From Podarcis gaigeae (lineage: Eukaryota), in assembly GCA_964106915.2 (NCBI GenBank), contig OZ066922.1: a DNA stretch of 64,000 bases. One strand, given 5' to 3'. The notes under the pieces were generated by a model that was not told where the DNA came from, ran no database searches, and saw only the letters and a program-made list of their open reading frames with translations. Position 1 is the first letter of the stretch. Each line of letters begins with the position of its first letter. The position numbers and the translations under genes were made by a program. Shown in pieces: positions 38,789 through 51,519 of this stretch.

Positions 38789-39428
38789 GTTTAGCGTATG
38801 TGTGTGTACCCTACTAGCCAGATCAACAATTTTGCTAAGGTTGTGTAGCAACCAAGGGAGGGGGGAGGGTATAGCAGAGAGAAAGAAATAGCAGAGAGAA
38901 AGAAATGATATTCTCAAAAAAGTAAAAACAAAACAAAACCCAAAACACTTCTACCAAGTGTACAGAAAGCCATCCTATTTTTTGCTTGAGGAAACTCAAC
39001 ACACTGCAACATAATGCAATCTTTAAAAGCATAATGACACAGAAGCATCTGTGAATATAGTGCATAAATGCTGACATTGACAAATTGCATAATAGTCTAC
39101 GGAATATAAATAGGCTTGGCGGGCCTTCCTTCCATTTCCAAATATGCTTAAATTCTTGGGGGGGGGGGGTTGCGGAGAAAAGAATTTCAAGCACCTTCAA
39201 TAATTTAACGATGTAATTCCAGGAGGGGAAATGTTCGCTGGGGATTCTTCGCCCAGTGCTGCATTATAATAAGAGCAAAATGAGAAGTCACAATAAATCT
39301 AGCCCCAAATGACAGACTGATCCAAGACACCTACCTACCCCCGAGTAAGTTTTCTGAATGATGCAAAGAATATTTAGCTGCAGATGTGAAATTAGTGATT
39401 GGTGAGTTATTTTTGAAGTGGTGGCTAT

Positions 39429-39815
39429 CAGACCCTCCAAGTCTCCCTATTTTCCAGGGACAGTCCCAGATTTACAGAACCCGTCCTGGTTTCTGATTTG
39501 ATCCTAGAATGCCCCACTTTTCCTTAAGAAATCCCTGTTTTCATCAGAGAAATGTTGGAGGGTATGGAACCCCGAGCCAAGGAGATAAGTAACTATACAA
39601 CCTTTAGAAGACAGCTGGAGGCAGCCCTGTGTAGCAAAGGGTTTTTTGTTATTGTTTTTTTTTAAAGTTTTGATGTTCTGTTTTATTTTTTATAAATGTT
39701 GGAAGTTGCGCAGAGGGCACCCCAGTCAGATGGGCAGGGTATAAATAATAAAGTAGTAGTAATAGTTATGGAATAGGGCATCCCTATTTTCATAGGAGAA
39801 ATGCTGGAGGGTATG
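39429..39815 (+). mobile_element. Composite MITE + LINE-tail element, family E
   Basis: CAGACCCTCCAA left end. The right end (T/C)TGGAGGGTATG occurs at both 39566 and 39815, with an L2-like 3' tail between. Confidence 0.8.
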
Positions 39816-40779
39816 GTGTATTTGCTATATGGGTAGTCTAAGAGCAGCAGTGTTATCAAGCAGATATTGAGGTCAGGCAAAGTAACAGGGATAATAGTAG
39901 CTGATGAGTCCATGCAGATGTCAGCAACCAACAGCCACAAATTCTTCCACCAAGGTCAAATTTGCATAATATCTGATCCACCGTGACAAACCCAGCTCAC
40001 CAGCTATGTGCTAAAGCCTGCCAAGCATTTCTCAACACATGCATGCACACAGAGATTTTTCCAGTCTATGGCTAGCAGCAAAAACTGAAGTTTTACTAAG
40101 CTACTGGAGGGCTGCCGTACATGATCTATTGGTTCCATTCAGCTTGTCAAGGTGCAGTTCAACCCTGAGAGTCTTGTGGCTGTTACCCCACCAGCAATGA
40201 AAAAAGGAAGAAAAAGATAGGAAGATTGCATATGGAAGCAAGCCCTGTCTAATAAAAGTTGCTGCTGTTCATAACATGCAAGTAAGCACAGATAGCTTTC
40301 TTTGGCCTTCATCAAGCGTTAATGCAACTTAAGATAATAGGCAGACAAGTTTGTCTTCCACCTGCTGATTCCTAGGAAGCATTCCAGGTTAGGATAATGA
40401 GTTCTATCATTTCTGTGGGCTTTTATTCTCTTTTCTTCCTCACTTAGCAATGGTGCCACATAGCTGCTGATCATTCCCCTGCCTTCTCTGACTGCTTCTA
40501 CCCTGGAACAATGCCCCTGTGCCTACTCATGTTTCTTCCATATCTTTCAAGTGGGATGTAATCCATTGGTGCTGTCAAATGCGACATTCCTTATTTCCCT
40601 AGAGTAGGCACATGCAGGGGGACATCTAGTCAGTGCAAATTCCTGTTCCACTGGTCTGGAGCATCCTTCCCCTGCATGTAATCTGGGCAATGGGCATGGC
40701 CCTGGCTGACTCCATCAAAGAGGCGAGTCATGCAGCCATTTTCTCAGTCTAGTAACGAGTTGTCTTGTTGTCTTGTTGT

Positions 40780-41035
40780 AGAAGAAGAAGAAGAAGAGTT
40801 TGAATTTGATATCCCACCTTTCACTCCCTTTAAGGAGTCTCAAAGTGGCTAACATTCTCCTTTTCCCTTCCTCCCCCACATCAAACACTCTGTGAGGTGA
40901 ATGAGGCTGAGAGACTTCAGAGAAGTGTGACTAGCCCAAGGTCACCCAGCAGCTGCATGTGGAGGAGCGGAGACGCAAACCCAGTTCCCCAGATTACGAG
41001 ACTACCGCTCTTAACCACTACACCACACTGGCTCC
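40780..41035 (-). mobile_element. tRNA-derived SINE with (TTC)n tail (Squam3-like), full length
   Basis: Reverse homolog of 24173-24412. Imperfect TSD GTTGTCTTGTTGTA/GTTGTCATGTTCTA. Confidence 0.88.
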
Positions 41036-41301
41036 AGTGTTGTCATGTTCTATCTCTTGCTGCCATGCTGCTCTCCTGCAGCCATTTTGTTGTCTTAATA
41101 TAATTTTGCTGTCTGCTGGCTCTCAGTCAGCAGCACATGAGTTAAGTCTCCCTATGAGACAAACTCAAAGTTTATTGTGTAACTACTAAGTAAAGCCTGT
41201 CTTTCAGGGATCAAATCGTGAACTGAAATGTGAGTAAACTTTTTGTTTACTCAGAAAGACTCTTGTGTCTTTATTCTTTTTAAGGGGTATTAAAGGGGAC
41301 A

Positions 41302-41657
41302 GCGTGGGTGGCACTGGTCTAAACCACTGAGTCTAGGGCTTGCCAATCGGAAGGTTGGCTGTTCGAATCCCCGCAATGGGGTGAGCTCCCGTTGCTCGGT
41401 CCCAGCTCCTGCCAACCTAGCAGTTAGAAAGCACGTCAAAGTGCAAGTAGATAAATAGGTACTGCTCCAGCGGGAAGGTAAACAGCGTTTCTGTGTGTCG
41501 CTCTGGTCTTGCCAGAAGTGGCTTAGTCATGTTGGCCACATGACCTGGAAAAACTGTCTGCGGACGAACGTCAGCTCCCTCAGCCAGTAAAGCGAGATGA
41601 GTGTCACAACCCCAGAGTCATTTGTGACTGGATTTAACTGGATCCTTTGCCTTTACC
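41302..41657 (+). mobile_element. Sauria SINE
   Basis: Full body and tail. TSD TTAAAGGGGACA/TTAAAGAGGACA. Confidence 0.92.
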
Positions 41658-43052
41658 TTAAAGAGGACACCAGGAAAATAATCATAACTAAGAGATTCAA
41701 ATGAATCTGCAAACTAGCTCCCAGCTATATTGAGGGGAATCTGCTTTGCTACATCACTCACTAACGTGAATGAAAGGAAGGATAATACTTATTCAATATA
41801 TCATTTCCTACTACCCTTAACATTCCCACACTTTATGCTTGTGCACTTCCAGGTTTAAACATGTCACATTGCAGTTGAACAAGAAAAGTCAGGATTCTGA
41901 GAGTAAGGCAAGGCACCTCAGCTCCATGGCAACTACAGAAGCACAAGAGAACCCTACAAATATATTGTTAGCTACAGCACAGGGCCCAGTATTTATCCGT
42001 GTTACTAATTTAAAATGCATGTCAAAATCCCATTGGCCAATCAGTCCCAATTGCAATGAGTCAAGTAAAGGTGACCTGGCATATCAAACTTAAAGGTTTC
42101 TTGCACAGAATGGTTTTCGTGTGGACCTTCACCCTATTGTAATGGTTTTATTTAAATTACCCACAAAGGGTAATGGGGGGGAAAACCCAGTGCATAGTAA
42201 ATGGTATTGTCTACAGAGCAATGTGCAAAGGACATTGGGTTATTAATATTAATATGATGAGCTCTGAAACATTTTTCATTTGGGTTGAATAAAGTGTCAA
42301 GCTTTTCAAAGTCTCAGAAGTGCCATCTGATTATGATGAATCCATTGCTCAAACTACTTAGATATTGGCATCCATGTATAAAAGGACACAGTTTCCAGTT
42401 ATTGACACATTTTTCATAACTGTAATAGAAGCTTGAGAGCAGAAAGTATCCCCTGGTGTCTGTGACAAAAAAGGCAATCAGTTCTGTATGAGACACTTTA
42501 TCATTGCCAAAGATCATTTGCAATTGCAAACATGTGGAAATGTACCTCCTCTATCTTTTACCAAATTTTTTTTTCCAAAATAAAAACTTTAGAAATATAT
42601 AGGTCGGGGGGAAAAAACAAAAACTACTAGATATCTGTTGCACCAGACAGTACCTTAAAACTAAAGCAAAATACAGCTTTGAGCCTGAACAAAATACTGG
42701 TTCAGATTCCCCAGAAGAATGCTCTAAAATAAAATAAAATAAAATTCAAACTTTATATATAAAAACGTAATCTTATCACAAAATTGTCTGCTGTTTCATC
42801 TAAACGGCAACATCACAGTGTGCTTCAAAAATTTACTAGTTTAAGCAACACACTGTGACTTTTGACAGAAATTATTTCCCCTCTCAGAATCATCATACTA
42901 TTCCTCTCAAAATCATTTGCCATCCTCAACATTCTTCAGATAGTTAGCAGCAAACTCACCATTAAATCTGTATGTGAAATTTAGGTACACCTCTTATTCC
43001 AAACCATTTGAGAAAATGATGCGTAGACGGGAATTCTCCTGAAAGAGAGGTA

Positions 43053-43073
43053 GGCAGCACCAAGGACAGAAAC
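43053..43073 (+). promoter_or_regulatory. Candidate REST/NRSF binding site (RE1/NRSE)
   Basis: GGCAGCACCAAGGACAGAAAC has the exact canonical core CAGCACC-NN-GGACAG, in sequence I do not recognise as repetitive. Confidence 0.65.
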
Positions 43074-43270
43074 AAGGGGCAAGGTGGTTTTGCCATTCCA
43101 GTCCAAAGGTATTGGTGTGTCTGTGGCTCAGGAAGAAGGGAGGAGGGGTGTGATCTACAATGTGTACGTCCGCAGCACTGGATTTAAGGCACTGAGCTGA
43201 GGGGTTGCAAAACTGAGAAGAGCCGTAACTGAGAAGATCCATTTGGAGGCACCAATTTTTTGGCCTCAAG

Positions 43271-43333
43271 CAGTGCTTTTTTTTCTTGGGTACGCAGTAC
43301 CAGCATTTCTTTTTCTCTGAAAGAAAAGCACTG
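43271..43333. mobile_element. Minimal (63-bp) family A-like hAT MITE
   Basis: CAGTGCTTTTTT..GGGTACGCAG..AAGAAAAGCACTG. TSD not matched. Confidence 0.6.
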
Positions 43334-44906
43334 GTTAAAAGTGTGCCACTTACTATAACAATTTCATGGTGAGTCTGGCACCTTTTTGTATGGAAGAATG
43401 CACTGCACATTACAAAAGATTACCAAAGTCCACCACTGGTGTCTGTATGCAGTAGGATCTCCTAGGAGGAGCAGAGCAGATGAGGATACATTAACTTGCA
43501 CTGGCCGCCTCCTGCTCTGGATTCAGTATGGGCTTAGTTACTTAGAAAAAAGTATTTTTCTTTGTTTGTTGGATTGACGTTTGTTCCAAGTCAATGGTAA
43601 ACAACATGTTTTCCTGGATGAAGTGGTCAGACAAATGTTCTGGGGTCCTGTATGTAGAAAGCAAGTGACAACTGGAAGACTTCTTAGACCCATACTTTCT
43701 AGATACAGAACAATTGGAAGTATGGATTAACAATTGGTTCAGTTCAAAAGGTAGCAGTCTTAATCCCAGGCTTTTTAGTCTCCATGCATGTGTTTTTTGG
43801 TTCATAATGCACAAGAGCATATTAACCATTTACTGCCTCTAGTTCTGCCATATTAGCATATATCTGCCCCAATGGAACTTTCAGATAGCTCTTCTGTTTA
43901 GCTTCTCTGGCACCAGAGAACGATTAATATATTGCCTTACACAAAAGCAAAATAAAATGGTTAATTCTTCTCATTTGTTGGTGGGTTGCTGTTTTGTTTT
44001 TATATAATGCCTTTATTTTGGTGCCAGCAACAGATGAGGATGTTAGGATTTGTGAGACAGCTCGCATATTTTTGAATCGGAATTTAGAATGCTTAGTAAT
44101 TTTGTAATTAGCATTCATTTCAAGTCGTTTGAATATGGAGATTGTCATATCCAATCAATCCAATGGTCCATCTAGCTGAGTATCCAGATATTTCACATGA
44201 AGTGTAAGAAACCTCATGGTGGGCAATTAAGCAGCAACCTGCCCAGGGGATAGCTGTATTCTTAACTTCCATCTGGTTTCTGCTCAGAAGCTGGGGATTT
44301 TTATCCATGAACTGAATCAATAGCGGTTTTAATGTGATGCTTAAGATAATTGTGGACCTTCACATTCTCCATAGAAAATGTTTGCTTGCCATTTGTTTTG
44401 CTTGTAGGGCAGGTGGCTGCAGTAGCTAGCCTAGAGGTTTATTATATTTAGCCAACAATTCTCTCAAGGCTCCCATTCCGACCCAAGGTAATAATAAAAA
44501 GAAATCATTGTCTAAGGGCTCAAAGCATTTCATATTTATTGTCTCAGTAATACTGTAAAGCAGCGGTAGGCAGAAAACAAACTGTGATTCATAGGTAGAC
44601 TGGTCAATTTTTAGTGGACCATCAAACCTATGATTCTGTGATTTATTTTAAGGTCTTAGTCTCATCTAGTGTGAAGGAGTTCCATTGTTTAGGTGTGTAT
44701 TAATGCACATTCCTGTTTTTGTTTGTTCCTCTTTACTTTCACCCTCCCCGCATTCCAGAAGATATGTTGGGACCCTCTCTTCTCATTCACTATGCATATT
44801 TTGCTGACTTGCTCTTGACTTCAGAGCTCACCTCAGCTATGAACTGACGGGATGGGCTTTGGCAAGCCACAATCCTCTCAGACTCAGCCCTGATTTGAAA
44901 TGTGGG

Positions 44907-45232
44907 TGAAATATACTCAGAGTCGAGAGTGGATTTCATGCCCTTTATTCATCTCATAGTGGTGAGGAGGAATGGAAGTTCCCCCACAATATCTGCTTTA
45001 TATACATTTTTTACACAATGGGCTGCACGTGATTGGCTAATTTCGGGATTCTCCTGTAGGCCAATCAGGTTGTGGATTCACTTCCACCTGGAGCTGGATT
45101 GGGTGGCTCCTGCAGAGCAATCATACTGCTGCATTGTTCTAGGACCAATCAGACTGCTGCATTCTGAATCCTATTGTTCTAGGACCAATCAGACTGCTGC
45201 ATTTTGGATCCTATTCAACTCAGTACATAACA
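44907..45232 (-). mobile_element. Solo LTR (326 bp), copy 2
   Basis: About 95% identical to 21526-21851 by manual comparison. TG..CA termini, its own TSD GTGGG/GAGGG, and TATAAA and AATAAA on the minus strand. Confidence 0.9.
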
Positions 45233-45632
45233 GAGGGGATAATTATATTGGCCTCAATTGTACAGAGCCGGTTGCTTGAGGAAACCAGCCCACGAAGTAC
45301 AACTGAAGTCACATTATGAATCGTGAAAATCAAATAACTGATACATCTCACTCTGTCAAAACAATATATAGCAGCACTTTTATCTCTCATACACACACCA
45401 TATCAAAGTCAGGACCAAGAGTCAGTATTGCCAAGCATCTCCTAAGGTCCACATGCCAAGAGCGCCCCCACTGCCTCCTCTTCTTGTTGCCACTGATATC
45501 ACCTGTCCTCTGTAAATATGCAAGGAGATCAGCCAGCAGCCTGCACTGATATTTCCTTCTCTCATCTGCCCCAATCTGCACTAGTGAAGAGGTACTACTG
45601 ACAGTGAAAAAGATTAGAACTAAGGCTAGCCT

Positions 45633-46014
45633 GGGACGTGGGTTGGGCTGTGGTCTGAACCACTGAGCCTCTTGGGCTTGCCGATCAGAAGGTCAGCAGT
45701 TTGAATCCCCATGACAGGTGAGCTCCCGTTGCTTGGTCCCAGCTCCTGCCAACCTAGCAGTTCAAAAGCATGTCAAAAAGTGCAAGTAGATACATAGGTA
45801 CCGCTCCGGCAGGAAGGTAAATGACGTTTCCATGTGCTGCTCTGGTTTCGGTGTTCCATTGCACCAGAAGTGGCTTAGTCATGCTGGCCACATGACCCAG
45901 AAAAACTGTCTGATGACAAACGCCAGCTCCCTCGGCCTGTAAATCGAGATGAGCGCTGCAACCCCAAAGTCATCTGTGACTGCACTTAACTGCCAGGGGT
46001 CCTTTACCTTTTTT
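45633..46014 (+). mobile_element. Sauria SINE
   Basis: Full body and ACCTTT tail. TSD TAAGGCTA. Confidence 0.92.
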
Positions 46015-49000
46015 TAAGGCTACCCCAACAGTGGCTACTCATATTGGCTAAGCAATTTGCAGAATCCTCTAATGATGAGGTCATTTGGGCACATTCTTCA
46101 CCTTTATGTGAACATGCCCTATTGGTAGTGATGATGTATATTCACCATTCAACTCCCATTAACTTAATACACCATATGAAGAAGTTCTAACAAAAATACA
46201 GCCTCACACAAGTATGCATTGTAGAATTATTTCTATATCGCTGTTGTCCAGTTTATAGGATTCAGAAAGAAAAGAAGTTCCAAACCGGAACTTATTGACA
46301 ATGAAAAGTTAACTAATATTTATTATTTATCGCACACAATAGTTTGACTGTCATTTATTGCACTCTGTTTGGTAGGACAAAGTTGCTTTCTTCTTCTGGA
46401 AAGCTGGGAGTTCTGGTTTGTTTCCCACACAGTGGAATTTAGTTAAATACTTTATCAGAAACTAAACGTTCCATAATGGAATGAATGTGTTGCAGAGAGA
46501 GAGAGAGAGATTCAATATCTCATAATTTTGGAATAACATTAGTTTGCTCCTAAGCAATGCATAAATGTTAATAAAGAATAAGTCGTTATGACTGGATTCA
46601 TTTCTGGAGTTGAGGAGAATGAGAACTCATTATGTGAACCAGCTGAAGCATTCTCTGAAGCAGCGGTTGAGTTGAATTCCTGTCACCTTTCTCATGACAG
46701 CAATAACAAATAAAGAAACCGAGGATGGATTCCTAGAGATAATTAAGCAGTGTTGATCTTAGGACATTGTCTTTTCAATGAAACACTGATTGCATTGTTC
46801 ATAACAAAACTACCTCTGCATGACAGAACTAATTAGTGACCATCTGAACTTACTTAGCCAAACGAGAGGAGGGGGAAAGCAATTAAAAATGCCGTCATCA
46901 CTGGATCTATCATTGAACAGCTGGTTGTATTGATAAGCAATACTGCATGTTAAAGCTACTTTAGAAGACAATAGAACCTAATCTGCTTGCTAAGTAGTAA
47001 TTAGAAAGCAATGAGAGACTATAAAATTACTGTTATTATGATGCAAACAACTTTCAAAAGTGGTGGGATTTTTTGTTTTTGTTTTAAATCACATTCTTCC
47101 TGAACTGGGTTATTTAAACATGGAATGTAGTGTGGGTGGAGGAGAATAGTTTTAAATATTGACAATAGGACAAAACGTAACTCCAGCATCTGTAAAGATG
47201 GTTAGAAAACAGCTCCTAAAAAGCTAATTTGTGATGCAATGATTTTGCTGTCTGGTTTGCCAAGCTCAAAGCAAGTTCATAATCCATTGCGGTAGAGCAT
47301 TTTATTTCTTATCAATGTTACCCCAGTCTGTGTGTACTGGATTTGAAATTGTTTTTGCATATGTTTTAACTCTTGATACTTCTGTTCTGAAATTGCTTCA
47401 GGATGTTTCATGAGAAGCAAGTCACAAACTATACGATTCTATGATATGAAATAAATATAAAATAATTAAAATTCAAATCATTCTGTGCAGGTGGTTGCCT
47501 CCACCTCTCACTGATGCTCAGCTGGTCCCAAATGTGAACTGGAGTTCACCAGCCATTATATATTAAAGTACGGATTTATGTAACTTTGAGATACATGGGT
47601 AAATTCAAACATCACAGTCCTCCTAAGTATGATTAGCTAATATCTTTGGCCATGTGGAGAAGCAAAGCCATTGGGTGTACATGTCAGAGGCATGCAGGCT
47701 ACCAATGGTTTATTATGACTTCTTGGCATCCATCTGTCTAGAGACACAGTAAAGTGCATGTCTGGTGGAAAAGTCAAATCACTGCTATAGCAGCACTGAA
47801 GTGACCTTCCTAGGGCACAAGAGTCATGGCAATGAAGAATTGTATCCAATTCCAGTCCTACTCAGTTTATTACTTTCAATGGGTCTACCCTGGGTAGGAC
47901 CAGCTTTGGTCACAACCCAGTGAATGATGTTACTGTTATGAAATCACTTTATTAAATACAAACAGAGATTCCTTTTTGGGGAAGCACATGCACTCAATGC
48001 CTGATCATGCCATTTACTTCTGAGGCTCATAATTTTGAATCATGTATTCTCCTTCTCAATTTAGACCCCTTAGAGTTGTCGTGCATTGACTGGATAGACT
48101 ATTATTTGCACAATTCATTTCTCAGTAGGTGCTATAATAGCAAAATAAAAAGAAAGAAAGATAACCCATGTTGTTAATTAACTCTTGTGCACTTAGCTCC
48201 TTCCCCACCCCCGACAATCACATTTATTTTGGTGAATGAATTCCCCCCACAATGATACACACAGGGTCCTGTGGACATAAACCCACCACTGAATTAAGCC
48301 CACCTCTCCGCCACTGACAACCATCCAATACCTAGGTAAAGTATAAATTAACCAGATCATGATTTCATATCCATAATTTCATATCACATTGCTGAAATTT
48401 CCCAGCATTTTAGAGCTTGAGTAAAAGTGAATGCTAAACTGCCAAACAGAAACATTTTTGTTAATTCAATAAAAATATTCTAAATGATTCATTTCTTTTG
48501 TCCGACTGTACTGAAAGCTTCAAGGTTTTTCAAACATGATCCTGAAAATCTACTTTTGGTTTAAGTCACTTACTCCTTTTGCTTAATGTTAGCCAAGGAG
48601 AAGTGTATGCTTCAAGTTTTTACAACAGAGTTCCACTTATGCAAATGGTTAAGCTGTAAATTGAACTGATCGTTCAAACTGAGGAAAAATCAAACATTTC
48701 AGCACTTTCAGCATAATACATGCATGAAGCAAGGTTAAAAGGATTGAGGAAGACAAAAAGAATGTTCATTGCACACATTTCTTTTTTTTAAAAAAAATGC
48801 AAATTTGCAATCCATCTTCATAAAATATAAGCCTTGCATCAGGATTCAGGATGCACCTTTTCTCAGTGGAACAATTGTGCTTGAAAAAGACACATCGATA
48901 CTGAGCAATTAGATTTGCAGCCGAGACAAAATTTAATTCCTGTTTTAGCTGAACAAAAGAAATAGGAAAGTACTTCTTTCTAAGTAGCTGGGAATCAAAT

Positions 49001-49733
49001 ATCCTTAATGCAATATTTTGTAGTGGAGTTTCTTCATTAAATTATCCAGAAAATTAAAGTAAAGCAATGCTTGCTAGAGTCCAATCAAAAAAGATTGACC
49101 AATTTCTCCCCCACCAAAAAAAATACCCGCACGCATGGCCCTTTCAGCCTTCCCCTTTGATTGTACTAGACATGCTATGACTGCCTTTTAAGCTTGCTAC
49201 CTTCAAATAAACCTAACCTCAATGACATTCCAGTGGGAAACTCCTTTACATCTGCCATTGAACCCATATGTGTTGAAGAGAATTCTATGTTGTGTTCTGG
49301 ATCAAGGGTACACTCGGGGCTTTGGGAAATTAATTTGGGTGGTTTCTTGTTTTGTTTTTTTGCTAGAATTGTGAGAGTTACCCGGTGAAGCCAGATGCAA
49401 AAGATATGTGCTTAGAATTAAAAAAAGAAATATTGGACCCTGGAATTTGTTGTGGGTACCAAAACTGAACTGAGTTCACTGTCCTTCCATTAATTTGTTT
49501 TCAGCAGAGTACTGGCCAAAATATTTGGCTCCATTATTCTCTTGGACCCTGTGTGAGCACCCTAGCTACACAATATTTTCTTTTAGCTGTGCATCACACA
49601 CACAAAAGGCTGCCGAGATGGGCAGGATATCTTTCTAGAACTATAGCCATCATCATTATAGCAAGGTCACCAACACAGCATCTGCAGGTGACACCAGTGC
49701 CTTCAATGGCAGCCACAAAAGGTGTCAGTAAAT

Positions 49734-49868
49734 TAAGGTTACCAGATTTTCCCCCCAATGAATCCGGAGACACTTTTCAACTTCAGTAGGAATGATAGGA
49801 TTTTGTCAGGGAACTAATTTGTAAATTTGGGGACTGTCCCTGGGAAACGGGGATGTCTGGTAGCCTTA
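49734..49868. mobile_element. hAT-type MITE
   Basis: TIRs TAAGGTTACCAGA / TCTGGTAGCCTTA. Perfect 8-bp TSD CAGTAAAT. Confidence 0.9.
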
Positions 49869-51519
49869 CAGTAAATACCCTTCAGAAATAAATACATACT
49901 CTTCTCTATGGGTGAACATAGTGAATGATGAAGATGAATTTTCCCCATTTTGGTGGGAGAGCTGATGGGGGCATGCTGGTATCATTTGTTGGTCCTGTAT
50001 TTTCTCTCTCTGCTTTCACACATGGCAGCCACTTTGCATTATGCCTTGTATTCACAGCATCCATTTTGTGATGCAACATATACCCAAAGTACCCATTTTG
50101 TGCCTGGCCCCCATGCCATTTTCACAAAACCCCAAATATGCCACTCGGATTAAAAGGTTGGCAATACCTGAATTACAGTCATTTTTTATTACCCTCAAAA
50201 GTGAATGGAGAAGGGGGGAAAGCCGGTGCCAACTCCTTGACCTTCCATCTTCTCTGCTTGCCTAAACCAGACCAATCTTCAAATCAAAACACTTTGCAGC
50301 TCTTTGCAAAACTCCACCTTGGGAACCTATTCAATTGATGCCCAATCTAGTGTCAACAAAGACACAAGGATGATAGCGAGTCTCTCCTACTTTTCTGCCC
50401 AAAATAAAATGTAAAGACTCCTGGGACAAAAAATAAAAACTGGACCTATCTGTCTGCATTTTCATGTATTTCTTGCATAGGACATTTTCTTGTATCTGCT
50501 ATTTTAAGACCAATTGCCCTCAAAGGATTAAGTGAGGTGAAATGATTCCTGTTTTACTCACTCAAAACCTACAGGCATTCTTTGAGGGAAAGCCGCTACA
50601 GATATTGTTCTGAAATTTGGCAGGCTTTGTCCCATTGGAATGTTAACCTTGCCTACAAAACTCATCATATTTTGCCAATAAAATAAAGAGAATATATAGA
50701 CATTTCTTCTTTTGTATATGCAGAAAAATCCAAACGGAAAAAACAACACCGCTTATTTTAAAATATGCCCGGACTAAAGACTTTGGATTTATTTGACCTT
50801 AGCTTGGCAGGTTTCTTTTTCTCTGGAGAAGCTACAGACTGTAAAAGATCTCACCAAGCTTGTGGTTAGCATTGTTAACACTGATTCCTAGAGTTACCAC
50901 TAAAGTTCATCAGAAGTTAATTCACAAGATGAATTTGTAAGTTGCTGCTTGACCAAAACACACGTTGCACTGGAATTATTCTTTTGCTTCTTGAATGGTT
51001 TTTTTGTGGGAAGTTTTAAACAGAAAAGCAATAGAGCTTATGTGTGTATATGAGAAATATAAATCACTACGTGTGTACATTTTAAATATGTCTTTTGAAG
51101 CACTACATAAAATATTATTAAAATATATTAAACTTTTAATAAAGTACAATAATAACATACTTTGAAAAAGAGATAATACATTTGCATTATTAAAATTTGT
51201 TGATCCACAATAATGCTTCAGGCTTTTCAGCAATGTTTTGGCATTCATCATACTTAATATAGGATCAGCAGGGTTGTTCGAACTGGACTGTATGCAAGAG
51301 AAGTTGTTTATGAAAATTTCTGTGACAATATCAGGATGGCTGTTTGACCCTCTAAGTGCTTAATCAGTGCAAACTTTGTTAAAGCGAATGGGGCATACTC
51401 TGGCACATTATTTTGGGGATAAAGCATGTTCTCCCTCATGGAGAGCACGGGTTGCGGTTGGGGATGACAAGATACCTCACTGTTGCTGGGCAAAAGAGTT
51501 TGGCCATCTTTAAGCAGGG

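Noticed and set aside
40700-41822. Possible old LTR hosting two SINEs
   Set aside because: Only the right end (..TTAACA) is suggestive. No left terminus or TSD was found.
21526-45232. The two 326-bp LTRs as the ends of one 23.7-kb LTR element
   Set aside because: Each LTR has its own TSD, the outer flanks do not match, and no gag/pol lies between them.
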